Below are positions 37,340 through 45,861 of a stretch of DNA of 64,000 nucleotides, in pieces. Numbering within the stretch: the stretch's first letter is position 1; every line of letters begins with the position of its first letter. Source of the DNA: Planctomycetota bacterium (GTDB lineage Bacteria; Planctomycetota; UBA11346); the NCBI GenBank assembly GCA_038213805.1, contig JBBQSO010000007.1, positions 32,001-96,000 on the forward strand, given 5' to 3'. The position numbers and the translations under genes are program-made. A model generated the notes under the pieces. The model was not told where the DNA came from, did no database searches, and saw only the letters and a program-made list of their open reading frames with translations.

Positions 37340-40309
37340 TCACGTGCGCGTCCGGCATGATGGCGCTCCCAGCGCTGCGGCGCGACCGGGCGCGCACCTG
37401 GGGTCTTTAGCGAGCGCGAGACGCCGTCGCCGGATGATCCCGCCCGGGGTGAGCAGAGCGGCGAGGATCATCGCGGCGCCGAGCAGGGACCCGCTCCCAC
37501 AGGGGTGCTTCGCGCCACCAGCGCCGGTCCCGGACGCGGCAATGGGAGGCAGCGGATCCGGAGCCGAAACCGTCTGCAGGTTGGCGCTGCCGATGATCGC
37601 CGGCGCGGGGTCGTCAGCGTTCGTAGACCACGCGACCGAGGCGTGGTCCTCGGCGTCGTTGGCGTCGCTCTTCTGCAGCAGTTCAAGCGCATACGCGATC
37701 CCAGCGACCAGGACGATCGGCCCTGATCTCTGCGTGGTCTGGGTGGTCCAGGCGCGGTACGCCGTGCCACTGCCCATCACCTCGGCGATCTTGACCCGGC
37801 CCGCGGGATCGGCGGTCGGAGAGAGCCACAGTTCGCTGCGTCCCCGGGAAGCCACCCAGAAGGTGTAGGTGCCCGAACTGGTCGGCACGACGTTCGCGCG
37901 CACCCGGTTCCCCGCCTCCTTTGACCAGTTGCGACCGATGTCGAGGCTTTCGAGTTCCTGCCGGACCGCCCAATGGTTGGGGAATTCTGGACGGATGTGG
38001 CTGCTATCGCCAGTCAGCTGCCAGATCTCGGTGCCGAAGCTCAGCACCCACCCCTCGCGGCGGGCGGTCCCGGTGCCGAGCGCGCCGTCAGGCCTGGCAA
38101 CGATCACCTGCCGCGGGAGCACTTCGCGGCCATGGTGGTGCACGCCATCGGCAGGCGGGACCCAGGCGAGCGCGAATTGCTGGTTCTTGGGACTCGCACT
38201 GCCCGTCGTGCCGTCGGTGCTGTCGGTGGTCTGAACCAGCTCGAACCAGTAGCGCCGGCCGGCGCTCAGGGTCCGCGGGGCGACCGCCTGGCCAGCGTCC
38301 TTGTCCCATTCCCGCGCCAGCGAACCACGGCCAGCGGTGCTCGCGACCAGGGTGGCGTCGGCCTCCTGATCCGTGGTCGATAGCCGCAGGCGGACCTGCT
38401 CGCCACCGGCGATCCAGAACCGGTAGCTGCCACTCGCCGGCGGCACGATCCAGCCGCGCGCCACCCGCGCTGAACTGCCGACGACATTTGGTTGGCCTTC
38501 GCACACCGGTGGCAGCGCGCGGAAGAGCGGGGCCTTGCGCACGTAGCGCGCGTCCTTGGCGAGGTTGAGCGCCGCCGCGGTGGCGGGATCGCGGCCGCCA
38601 GCGCCCTCGTACCACTCGATGTCGAGCAGGCCATCGCTCGCCACGGGGACGCGGTCGGGTTCGCTGCAGGTCGAGCCGGCCTCGAGCGTGACGCCACCAC
38701 GGCCCACCTGATTCTTCCAGGTCGCGAAATCGGCACCCGCGAACCCCTTGCGGAACAGCGGGCTGTCCTGGTGATAGGTGTTGCCGCTGCACACCAGGGT
38801 CGCGATCAGCGGCGGCGCATGGCTGGCGTCATCTTCGTGGGCGATCAGCGACTGGAGGTAGCTTTGCGCTACCAGGGTGTTGCCGGTGATGGTCACGTCC
38901 TGGGTGCTGGCGACGGTCGCGGACAGGCCGGTGTCGCGGTCGGTGGTGCTGCCCGTGCGGCTGCCGACGCTGAGGTTGATCGCGCCATCGATGTTGTTGG
39001 CGATGGCATTGCCGGTGATGGTGACCTGGCGGGTGGTGTTGAGGTGGATGCCCCACGAGCCGTTGTCGCGGATGACGCAGTCGCGCACCACGTCGCCTGG
39101 CAGGTTGATCTCGAAATACGCGCCGCCGCCCCAGTTCGCAGCAATCGAGCAACCCTCGACCGTCACATCCTTGCAATAGACGTCGAACCACAGGCCGCGG
39201 GCGAGGTTGCCTTCCACGGTGAGGTTCTTGAACAATGCATGGTAGAGACCGCCATTCTTGCTGCCCGCATCGATGTCTCCGGATTGGCGTCCCCACAGGC
39301 CGCGCCACCAGTTGCGGGCGATGGTGCTGTTCTCGAAGCGTACGTAGGAAGACCCGCCGAACGAGACCCCGGTGCCGCCGTTGTCCGCCATCGAGCACGC
39401 GCGGACCGTCATCCGCTGAACTGCGTTGGTCGTCAGGCCACTGCCGCCGTTCCAGTCGAAGTGGCAGTTCTCGATCAGGACGTTCTCCACCCAGGGGTGC
39501 GATGAGTCGCCGTTGGTGATGTCCACCGCGGACCCATAGTTGCCGTCCCACAGGTAACCGGCCGCGCCCTCGAAGCTGATGTTGCGGATCACCAGATTGG
39601 AATGACGCCGCAGGCCGAGCAGCTTCTGATGGGCACCGAACTCGATGACCGCAGCGTTCGGGTCGGTTGCGGTGCGCAGAACGATGGTGTGGGCACCCTC
39701 ATCGACCGTGAAGCATTCCGGTCCAAGACCAGCCACGGCGGTGCGCTGTTCGAGCAGGCGGTTCCCGATCATGACGATCTCGCGCCGCGCAGCGATCTGA
39801 TTGTCCGTGGGCAGCGGGTTGAATGTGGATGGCCAGCCGACGGTTCCGTAGTGCAACGTCCACGGGTGGGTCCAGGTGCCGTCGCCATTGTCGGTCCAGG
39901 CTCCGCCCAGGACCTCGAGTCCGCTGAACAGGGTGGTGGGGCGTCCGCTGGAATCGGCCTCTCCGGTGATGACCAGCGTTTTCACGGAATCCTGGTTGGT
40001 GTTCGATTCGATGTCGCCTTCGCGGTACGTCCCAGCCTTGATGAGCACCTTGACCCGCTTGGCATCCGGATTGGGGACCTCGGTACCACCTACGAAGATG
40101 CGCGGCACGCCCAACGTCCGCGCCACGGCCAGCCCCTTGGCGATTGTGCGGTACGGACTGGCGGCCGTGCCGGCGCCGGTGGCATCGTCGCCAGTCAGCG
40201 CGACGACCACGGTGACGTCGACCGTCTCGTCGCTGAGCGTGGTTCCCGGCACGTCGGCTGCCGGCAGGCGGGACACCATCAGCAGCGTCACGATGAGGAG
40301 AGGTCGCAT
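37340..40309 (-). CDS. Secreted right-handed beta-helix (pectin-lyase-like) protein with two PA14-like domains and C-terminal CGSG-TM-Arg tail
   Basis: RBS GGAG and MRPLLIVTLLM. GDDATGAGTAASPYRTIAKG, IKAGTYRE and GLWFDV repeats of PbH1 type. PA14-like SGSYRFWIAG and SGTYTFWVAS. Confidence 0.8.
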   Translation of the reverse strand: MRPLLIVTLLMVSRLPAADVPGTTLSDETVDVTVVVALTGDDATGAGTAASPYRTIAKGLAVARTLGVPRIFVGGTEVPNPDAKRVKVLIKAGTYREGDIESNTNQDSVKTLVITGEADSSGRPTTLFSGLEVLGGAWTDNGDGTWTHPWTLHYGTVGWPSTFNPLPTDNQIAARREIVMIGNRLLEQRTAVAGLGPECFTVDEGAHTIVLRTATDPNAAVIEFGAHQKLLGLRRHSNLVIRNISFEGAAGYLWDGNYGSAVDITNGDSSHPWVENVLIENCHFDWNGGSGLTTNAVQRMTVRACSMADNGGTGVSFGGSSYVRFENSTIARNWWRGLWGRQSGDIDAGSKNGGLYHALFKNLTVEGNLARGLWFDVYCKDVTVEGCSIAANWGGGAYFEINLPGDVVRDCVIRDNGSWGIHLNTTRQVTITGNAIANNIDGAINLSVGSRTGSTTDRDTGLSATVASTQDVTITGNTLVAQSYLQSLIAHEDDASHAPPLIATLVCSGNTYHQDSPLFRKGFAGADFATWKNQVGRGGVTLEAGSTCSEPDRVPVASDGLLDIEWYEGAGGRDPATAAALNLAKDARYVRKAPLFRALPPVCEGQPNVVGSSARVARGWIVPPASGSYRFWIAGGEQVRLRLSTTDQEADATLVASTAGRGSLAREWDKDAGQAVAPRTLSAGRRYWFELVQTTDSTDGTTGSASPKNQQFALAWVPPADGVHHHGREVLPRQVIVARPDGALGTGTARREGWVLSFGTEIWQLTGDSSHIRPEFPNHWAVRQELESLDIGRNWSKEAGNRVRANVVPTSSGTYTFWVASRGRSELWLSPTADPAGRVKIAEVMGSGTAYRAWTTQTTQRSGPIVLVAGIAYALELLQKSDANDAEDHASVAWSTNADDPAPAIIGSANLQTVSAPDPLPPIAASGTGAGGAKHPCGSGSLLGAAMILAALLTPGGIIRRRRLALAKDPRCAPGRAAALGAPSCRTRT

Positions 40310-40544
40310 GGGAACTCCGTGAATGGGGAGCATCGGTCGGCTGGTGGACAGGTGGCCGAGACCACCGCTTCGCGGTCCGCGTTCCCCCCGGATGGCATCC
40401 AGCGGGACGATCCAGGCGCAGGCGTAGCACCTTGGGAAAACCATGTCATTTCTGTGCAGGTCCTGGCCAGAATTCGCGGCTGGTGTTTTTCCAGGTCGGC
40501 CACTGCAGGCCAAGTCTCGTTTCCTTGATCGGCGTTCATCCTCG

Positions 40545-40562
40545 TGCTACACCGGTATAGTT
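40545..40562. promoter_or_regulatory. 18-bp palindromic operator TGCTACACCGGTATAGTT
   Basis: Lies between the divergent starts 40309 (-) and 40703 (+); matches the other copies. Confidence 0.75.
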
Positions 40563-40702
40563 GATCATCAGCGGCGGCGATCGGCGACCCACCACGCCTA
40601 TCGCCGCCAAGCTCTGCCTGCACATTTCATGAGCGTATCATACTCGGTGGAGAATCCCGATTTTCAGACAATCCATTAGACGATGGGCGCTGAAAATCCC
40701 AC

Positions 40703-43012
40703 ATGCTCCAAATTCTCGAGGCCTTCGTGCGCCAGCTCGCGCCCGTCGCCCTCCTCGTCGTCGGACTGGCGCGGCTGTGCGCTGCCGTTGATCCATACCT
40801 GGTGACCTGGGACGCCCCCGGCATCGGCCATCGCGATTCCATGCCGATCGGCAACGGCGACCTGGGCATGAACCTGTGGACCGAGGCGAGCGGCGATGTC
40901 GTGCTGCTGATCGGCAAGACCGACGCATGGAGCGAGAACGGCCAGCTGCTCAAGCTCGGACGGGTGCGCGTGGCCTTCACTCCCAGCCCCTTCCGCGCGG
41001 GCGCGTCATTTCGGCAGGTGCTGCGCACCCGCGACGGCGTGATCGAAATCCACGGCGACGGGCAGGCCGTGCTGCAGGCGTGGGTCGACGCCGATGCCCC
41101 GGTCATCCACGTGCAGCTGGTCGACGCGCGGCCCCGCGCGGCCCACGTCAGCCTCGAATCGTGGCGCACCGCGCCCCGGCGCCTGGTCGATGTCACCGGC
41201 AATGCGGAACTCGCGCAAGGCCTGCGCGAACTCCAGGGCTCGCCGGCGGGTGGGCCGACCATCGATCCCGACACCGTGCTGGCGGCGCCGGACAGCCTGA
41301 TCTGGCTGCACCACAACGCGCGCAGCATCTACGGCGACCTGCTGCGTAACCAGCACCTCGAGGCGCTGCAGGGCGCATTTTCCGATCCTCTGCTGCACCG
41401 CAACGTCGGCGCGCTGGCGCGTGGGCCCGGGCTGACCGTCGTGGACGACCACACGCTGACGACTGCGACGCCGCAGGCCGGCCTGCGCCTGGACATCACC
41501 GCCTTCGCGAACGTGGCGGAGCGCACCGACGTCTGGCGCGCCGGCGTGCAGGCGGCCGCCGACCAGGCGGCGGCGCGCGATGCAGCCGCTGCGCGCGCGG
41601 CCACGCAGGCGTGGTGGAACCGCTTCTGGGAACGCAGCTGGATCCTGGTCGGCGGCGAGGCGCACGCTGCCGAGGTCACCCAGGGCTTCATCATGCAGCG
41701 CTGGATGACGGCCTGCGGCGGTCGCGGGCCAGCGCCGATCAAGTTCAACGGCGGCACCTTCACGGTCGGCCAGGAACCGCCATCCGGCACGCCATACGTC
41801 CCGGAGCAAGGCCGGGTGGATCCCGATTTCCGCGTCTGGGGCAGCAACGTGTGGTTCCAGAACACGCGCCTGATCTATTGGCCGATGATCGCGAACGGCG
41901 ACCTGGACACCCTGGCGCCGTTCTACGCGATGTACAAAGCAGCCCTGCCGCTGGCGACGGCGCGCACCCGCCTGGCCTGGAGGCACGACGGCGCGATCTT
42001 TCCCGAGACCATCTTCTTCTTCGGCTTGCCGTCCAACAACGACTTCGGCTGGGGGAATCCCGGTCCGGAGATGACCAATCCCTACATCGGTCGCCACTTC
42101 AACAACGCGCCCGAACTGATGATGATGCTGCTCGACACCTGGGACCTGCATCATGATGCGGATCTGGCCACAGGCACGCTCCTGCCGCTCGCCGATGCCT
42201 TCACGCTGTGGTTCGACCAGCACTGGCCGCGCGTCGCCGGCAAGCTGCGCTTCGAGCCGTCCGAGGCGCTCGAAACGCGCCAGCACGCCGCAGACCCGCT
42301 GCCCGACATCGCCGGCCTGATGCAGGTGCTGACGCGCCTGTGCGCGCTGCCCGAGGCGCTGACCACGCCGGCGCAGCGGGCGCGGTGGCACACCATGCTC
42401 GCCGACCTGCCACCGCTGCCACGCGGCCTGACCGACGCCGCCGGCAAGGTGCCGGTCACGCCCGACCAGGCCTCACCCACCGGCACCCCCATCCTGTGGC
42501 CCGCGGCGTCGTTCGATGCGCCGAAGAACAGCGAAAATCCGGAATTGTACGCCGTCCACCCCTACCGGCTCTTCGGTGTCGGCCTGCCGGAGCTGGAACT
42601 CGCCCGCGCCACCTACGAGGCCAAGCGCTTCGCGGACAGCACCTGCTGGGGCCAGCAGGGCATCCAGGCAGCGTGCCTGGGCTTCGCCGCCCGCGCACAG
42701 CGGGAAGCGGTGGCTAATTTCACCGCGTACGACAGCCAGCGTTTCCGCTGGTTCTGGAAGTCCGGGGACTGGCAGCCTGACCTGGACAATGGCGGCGCCG
42801 GCCAGCTCATCCTGCAGTCGATGCTGATGCAGGCGCGCGGCGACAGGATCCTGCTCTTCCCGGCGTGGCCGAAAGCGTGGGACGTCGATTTCCGCCTGCA
42901 CGCCGCGCATGACACGGTGGTCTCCGGCACCGTGCGCGGCGGCCGCGTGATCGATGTGACGGTCATCCCGGAAAGCCGGCGGAAAGATGTCGTCCAGATG
43001 GAGTTGCAGTGA
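40703..43012 (+). CDS. DUF5703-domain / GH95-like glycoside hydrolase, copy 1
   Basis: DSMPIGNGDLG, KTDAWSENGQLLKLGRVR, IKFNGG, WFQNTRLIYWP, NSENPELYAVHP, ILLFPAWPKAWDVDFRLHA. Confidence 0.8.
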   Translation: MLQILEAFVRQLAPVALLVVGLARLCAAVDPYLVTWDAPGIGHRDSMPIGNGDLGMNLWTEASGDVVLLIGKTDAWSENGQLLKLGRVRVAFTPSPFRAGASFRQVLRTRDGVIEIHGDGQAVLQAWVDADAPVIHVQLVDARPRAAHVSLESWRTAPRRLVDVTGNAELAQGLRELQGSPAGGPTIDPDTVLAAPDSLIWLHHNARSIYGDLLRNQHLEALQGAFSDPLLHRNVGALARGPGLTVVDDHTLTTATPQAGLRLDITAFANVAERTDVWRAGVQAAADQAAARDAAAARAATQAWWNRFWERSWILVGGEAHAAEVTQGFIMQRWMTACGGRGPAPIKFNGGTFTVGQEPPSGTPYVPEQGRVDPDFRVWGSNVWFQNTRLIYWPMIANGDLDTLAPFYAMYKAALPLATARTRLAWRHDGAIFPETIFFFGLPSNNDFGWGNPGPEMTNPYIGRHFNNAPELMMMLLDTWDLHHDADLATGTLLPLADAFTLWFDQHWPRVAGKLRFEPSEALETRQHAADPLPDIAGLMQVLTRLCALPEALTTPAQRARWHTMLADLPPLPRGLTDAAGKVPVTPDQASPTGTPILWPAASFDAPKNSENPELYAVHPYRLFGVGLPELELARATYEAKRFADSTCWGQQGIQAACLGFAARAQREAVANFTAYDSQRFRWFWKSGDWQPDLDNGGAGQLILQSMLMQARGDRILLFPAWPKAWDVDFRLHAAHDTVVSGTVRGGRVIDVTVIPESRRKDVVQMELQ

Positions 43013-43282
43013 GCGCACCCTGACCACCGGGTCCGTCGGTCAGGCTGCGGATGCGGTCGGTGGTCCTGATGTGCGCCCGCCCGCCTTCAGCGACCGCTTG
43101 GTCCAATTGCCGATGGATGAGGCAAGTGGCAAACGCATTGCAAATTGTGCGCGCGAGTATCGACGCGCGCCGACGAGGCGCAGCGACGTGATGACATGCG
43201 TGACGGTGCCTGCACCACTGCGTACGGCAACGGGCGCACATGGTTGCGGTACTCACGCCGGCCCCGACCTGGGTCCATGCGT

Positions 43283-45682
43283 TCAGGGTCGGGCGGCGCG
43301 CACCATGGCGAGGGCGAGGCCGAGGCCGGCTAGCAGCGCCGCCACGCCCGCACCGAGTCCGCAGCCACCTCCACCTCCACCGCTGCTGCTGCTGCCGCTG
43401 CCACCGCCTGCGCCTCCGCCGCTTCCGACTGGCGCCGGCGCGACGGTGAGAATGGCGCTGGCGCTGAGTGCGGTACCCGCGGCGTTCGAGACTTGGCAGC
43501 GCCAACTCGACCCGTCATCCGCGACGCTCGTCGCGACATCCAACACCGGGCCAGTGGCGCCCGCCACCGTGGCCCAGGTCCCGCTGCCCGCGGCTTGGCG
43601 CTGCCACAGCCAGCTCAGCGGCTGCGTGCCGCTCGCGGCCACATGCATACCCGGCGCCGCCGGGGCGGTAACGCTGGCGGCGGCGGGGTCGGCGGTGATG
43701 GCGGGCGCGATGACGGCCAGGGGCGGCGTCGGCGCGGAGCGGTAGTCGGTGCCCGAGGCCGCGTAATAGGCCGGCGTCGCGGGCGGCGCCGACGCACCGA
43801 CCAGCACCACGCTGCGGTATGCGGCAACGGCGACGGTCGATCCGACCGTCGCCCCCGCGAGGTCGTGCCAGGTGCCCGCAGGCACGGCGATGCTGGCGGT
43901 GCTCTCGGTGTCATTGAAGAGCAGGATGGGATGGCCCAGCACGGCGGTGGCGCTGCCCGCCCACGAGCCGTTGGCCGCCTGCCACGCCGCCGCCGTCTGG
44001 CTGGTCCCGCCGTCGGTGCGCGCTGCCAGGCTGGCGGTCGGCATCACGAAGGTCGACGTCGACATTGCGCCGTAGTCGATCCCAGTCTCATAGCTCAGAC
44101 CAGTGGCCACCGGGTTCGCCCACGAGGCCAGGTTCTCGGTCCAGGCCTGGCGTCGGGTGGGACTCACCACGCCCAGCACGTTGCCGCCGAGCGTGTGGTT
44201 CTGGCTCGCCGGCTTGCTGGCGTTGCCGCGGCTTAGGCTGATCCCGCCCAGGCGGTTGTCGATGCAGGTATTGCCGCTGACCGTGCACGAGTAGTTGTTG
44301 GGCAGGAAGATGCCGTTGCCGCCGCACCCGTACACGGTGTTGTCGAGCAGCTGGGTGTCGTGGAAATCACTGAGGAATTCCGGCCAGATGCCGTGTCCCA
44401 GCGGCGTCCACGGGTGCGACGTCTCGAGGTTCCCCACGCTGTCGAGGACGATGTTCTCGCTGATGTGTGAGAACGAGCAGTTGGCGTAGACCGCGGCGCC
44501 GTCGTTCAGCGAGGCCACGCAGCGCACGAAGACGTTGCGCGCCACCGTGTGCCCGTCGGACCCCAGGATCACCCCACAGTAGCCGACATCGGTGAAGCGA
44601 TTGAGCCGAATGGTGAGCGCCTTGGCGCCCAGCACCACGACGCCGCACGCGTGCCACGCGCCGCTGCCGCCATAGCCGTATTGCATGCCAACGCGTTCGA
44701 AGACGTTGCGTTCGATGATGGTGCCGCCGGTCTTGCTGGAATCCTCGATCCACTGCACGCCGTTGTTGCGGATGTCGCGGAACGTGCAGCCCGTGACGAG
44801 GCTGCCATAGGCGTTCCAGGTGCCAGCGATGGCGTCGGTATCGCATTCGCGGAATTCGCAGGAGCGCACGGTCGTGGGCCCACCCAGGCTGAGCGCGGTC
44901 CCTGCGAAACGGCAGAAGGCGATGCTGTCGATCGTCCCACCGTTGGCGATGATGCCCTCGGTGGTGGTGGCCACCTCGACCGTCGACGCGCCGGCGGGCA
45001 CCTGCACGCTGAGGACGCCTGCGCCCCAGAACCACTCGCGGTCGCGGTCGAGCTCGGCCAGGACGTTGTCGATGTAGTAGGCGGAACCGATGCCGACCAG
45101 GTTGGCGTCAACCTCTGCGGTGCCGCCGATGGTCAGGTGCGTCGCGTCGACGTCGGTGGTGATGGGGCGCGTCTCCCACCACCAGCTCCAGCGGCGCCAG
45201 CGCACCTGACCACCGCCGAATCTGTGGCCGGCGGTACGCGCACTGAGGCCGGCGTCGACCAGGCTGGTAGCGGTAGTGCCGTCATCGACGGTCAGCCAGC
45301 CGCTGTTGGGAAAGCGCGCCAACGGCGCGAACGTCCCGTCGATCCACAGCGCGCGCACCGCACTGGCCACGCTGGCGGTCTTGATGGTGCCGCCGCCGGG
45401 CGCAACCACGGTGCTGATGGTGACGATCGGCAGAGCGCCGGTGCCATAGGCGGTCAGGGTGCGGCCGGCCGGCAGCGTGAAGGTGCCGCGGTAGGTGCCG
45501 CCGCGCTCGAGCAGCACGCGGTCGCCTGATCCGGCCTTAACCAGGGCGGCCGCGACCGTCGCCAGCGCGGAGCCCGGCGACGTGCCACTGGCGGCGTCCG
45601 AACCGGTCGGTGCGACATGGTAGTCGGCGGCGTGCAACGAGCCGCCCAGTACCGCGAGGAGGATGGCGTGGCGCAGTTTCAT
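43283..45682 (-). CDS. Secreted right-handed beta-helix protein with Ig domain and C-terminal CGLG-TM-Arg tail
   Basis: RBS AGGAG and signal peptide. YHVAPTGSDAASGTSP, GDRVLLERGGTY, LARFPN and LNDGAAVY. Ig domain PLSWLWQR..WRCQVSNAAG. Confidence 0.8.
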   Translation of the reverse strand: MKLRHAILLAVLGGSLHAADYHVAPTGSDAASGTSPGSALATVAAALVKAGSGDRVLLERGGTYRGTFTLPAGRTLTAYGTGALPIVTISTVVAPGGGTIKTASVASAVRALWIDGTFAPLARFPNSGWLTVDDGTTATSLVDAGLSARTAGHRFGGGQVRWRRWSWWWETRPITTDVDATHLTIGGTAEVDANLVGIGSAYYIDNVLAELDRDREWFWGAGVLSVQVPAGASTVEVATTTEGIIANGGTIDSIAFCRFAGTALSLGGPTTVRSCEFRECDTDAIAGTWNAYGSLVTGCTFRDIRNNGVQWIEDSSKTGGTIIERNVFERVGMQYGYGGSGAWHACGVVVLGAKALTIRLNRFTDVGYCGVILGSDGHTVARNVFVRCVASLNDGAAVYANCSFSHISENIVLDSVGNLETSHPWTPLGHGIWPEFLSDFHDTQLLDNTVYGCGGNGIFLPNNYSCTVSGNTCIDNRLGGISLSRGNASKPASQNHTLGGNVLGVVSPTRRQAWTENLASWANPVATGLSYETGIDYGAMSTSTFVMPTASLAARTDGGTSQTAAAWQAANGSWAGSATAVLGHPILLFNDTESTASIAVPAGTWHDLAGATVGSTVAVAAYRSVVLVGASAPPATPAYYAASGTDYRSAPTPPLAVIAPAITADPAAASVTAPAAPGMHVAASGTQPLSWLWQRQAAGSGTWATVAGATGPVLDVATSVADDGSSWRCQVSNAAGTALSASAILTVAPAPVGSGGGAGGGSGSSSSGGGGGGCGLGAGVAALLAGLGLALAMVRAARP

Positions 45683-45741
45683 GGCAGTGCTCCTGGTCCG
45701 GAAACCAGACCGACAGCGTGGCAGGCACCCAGGTATATCAC

Positions 45742-45759
45742 AGCTATACCGGTATAGCA
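45742..45759. promoter_or_regulatory. 18-bp palindromic operator AGCTATACCGGTATAGCA
   Basis: Perfect 16-bp core palindrome 60 bp upstream of ATG 45682. Confidence 0.8.
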
Positions 45760-45861
45760 CAGTCGAACACTCGCGTGGCGGTAGGCGCATCACCCAGCCG
45801 GAGGGCGCAGCTGACGGCGAGTCGAGCCGTGACGTCGCTCACATCCAGCTGTCTACGCCTG

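Noticed and set aside
43127..43150. GCAAACGCATTGC, resembling a LacI/PurR operator
   Set aside because: It lies between two convergent gene ends, is imperfect and occurs once.
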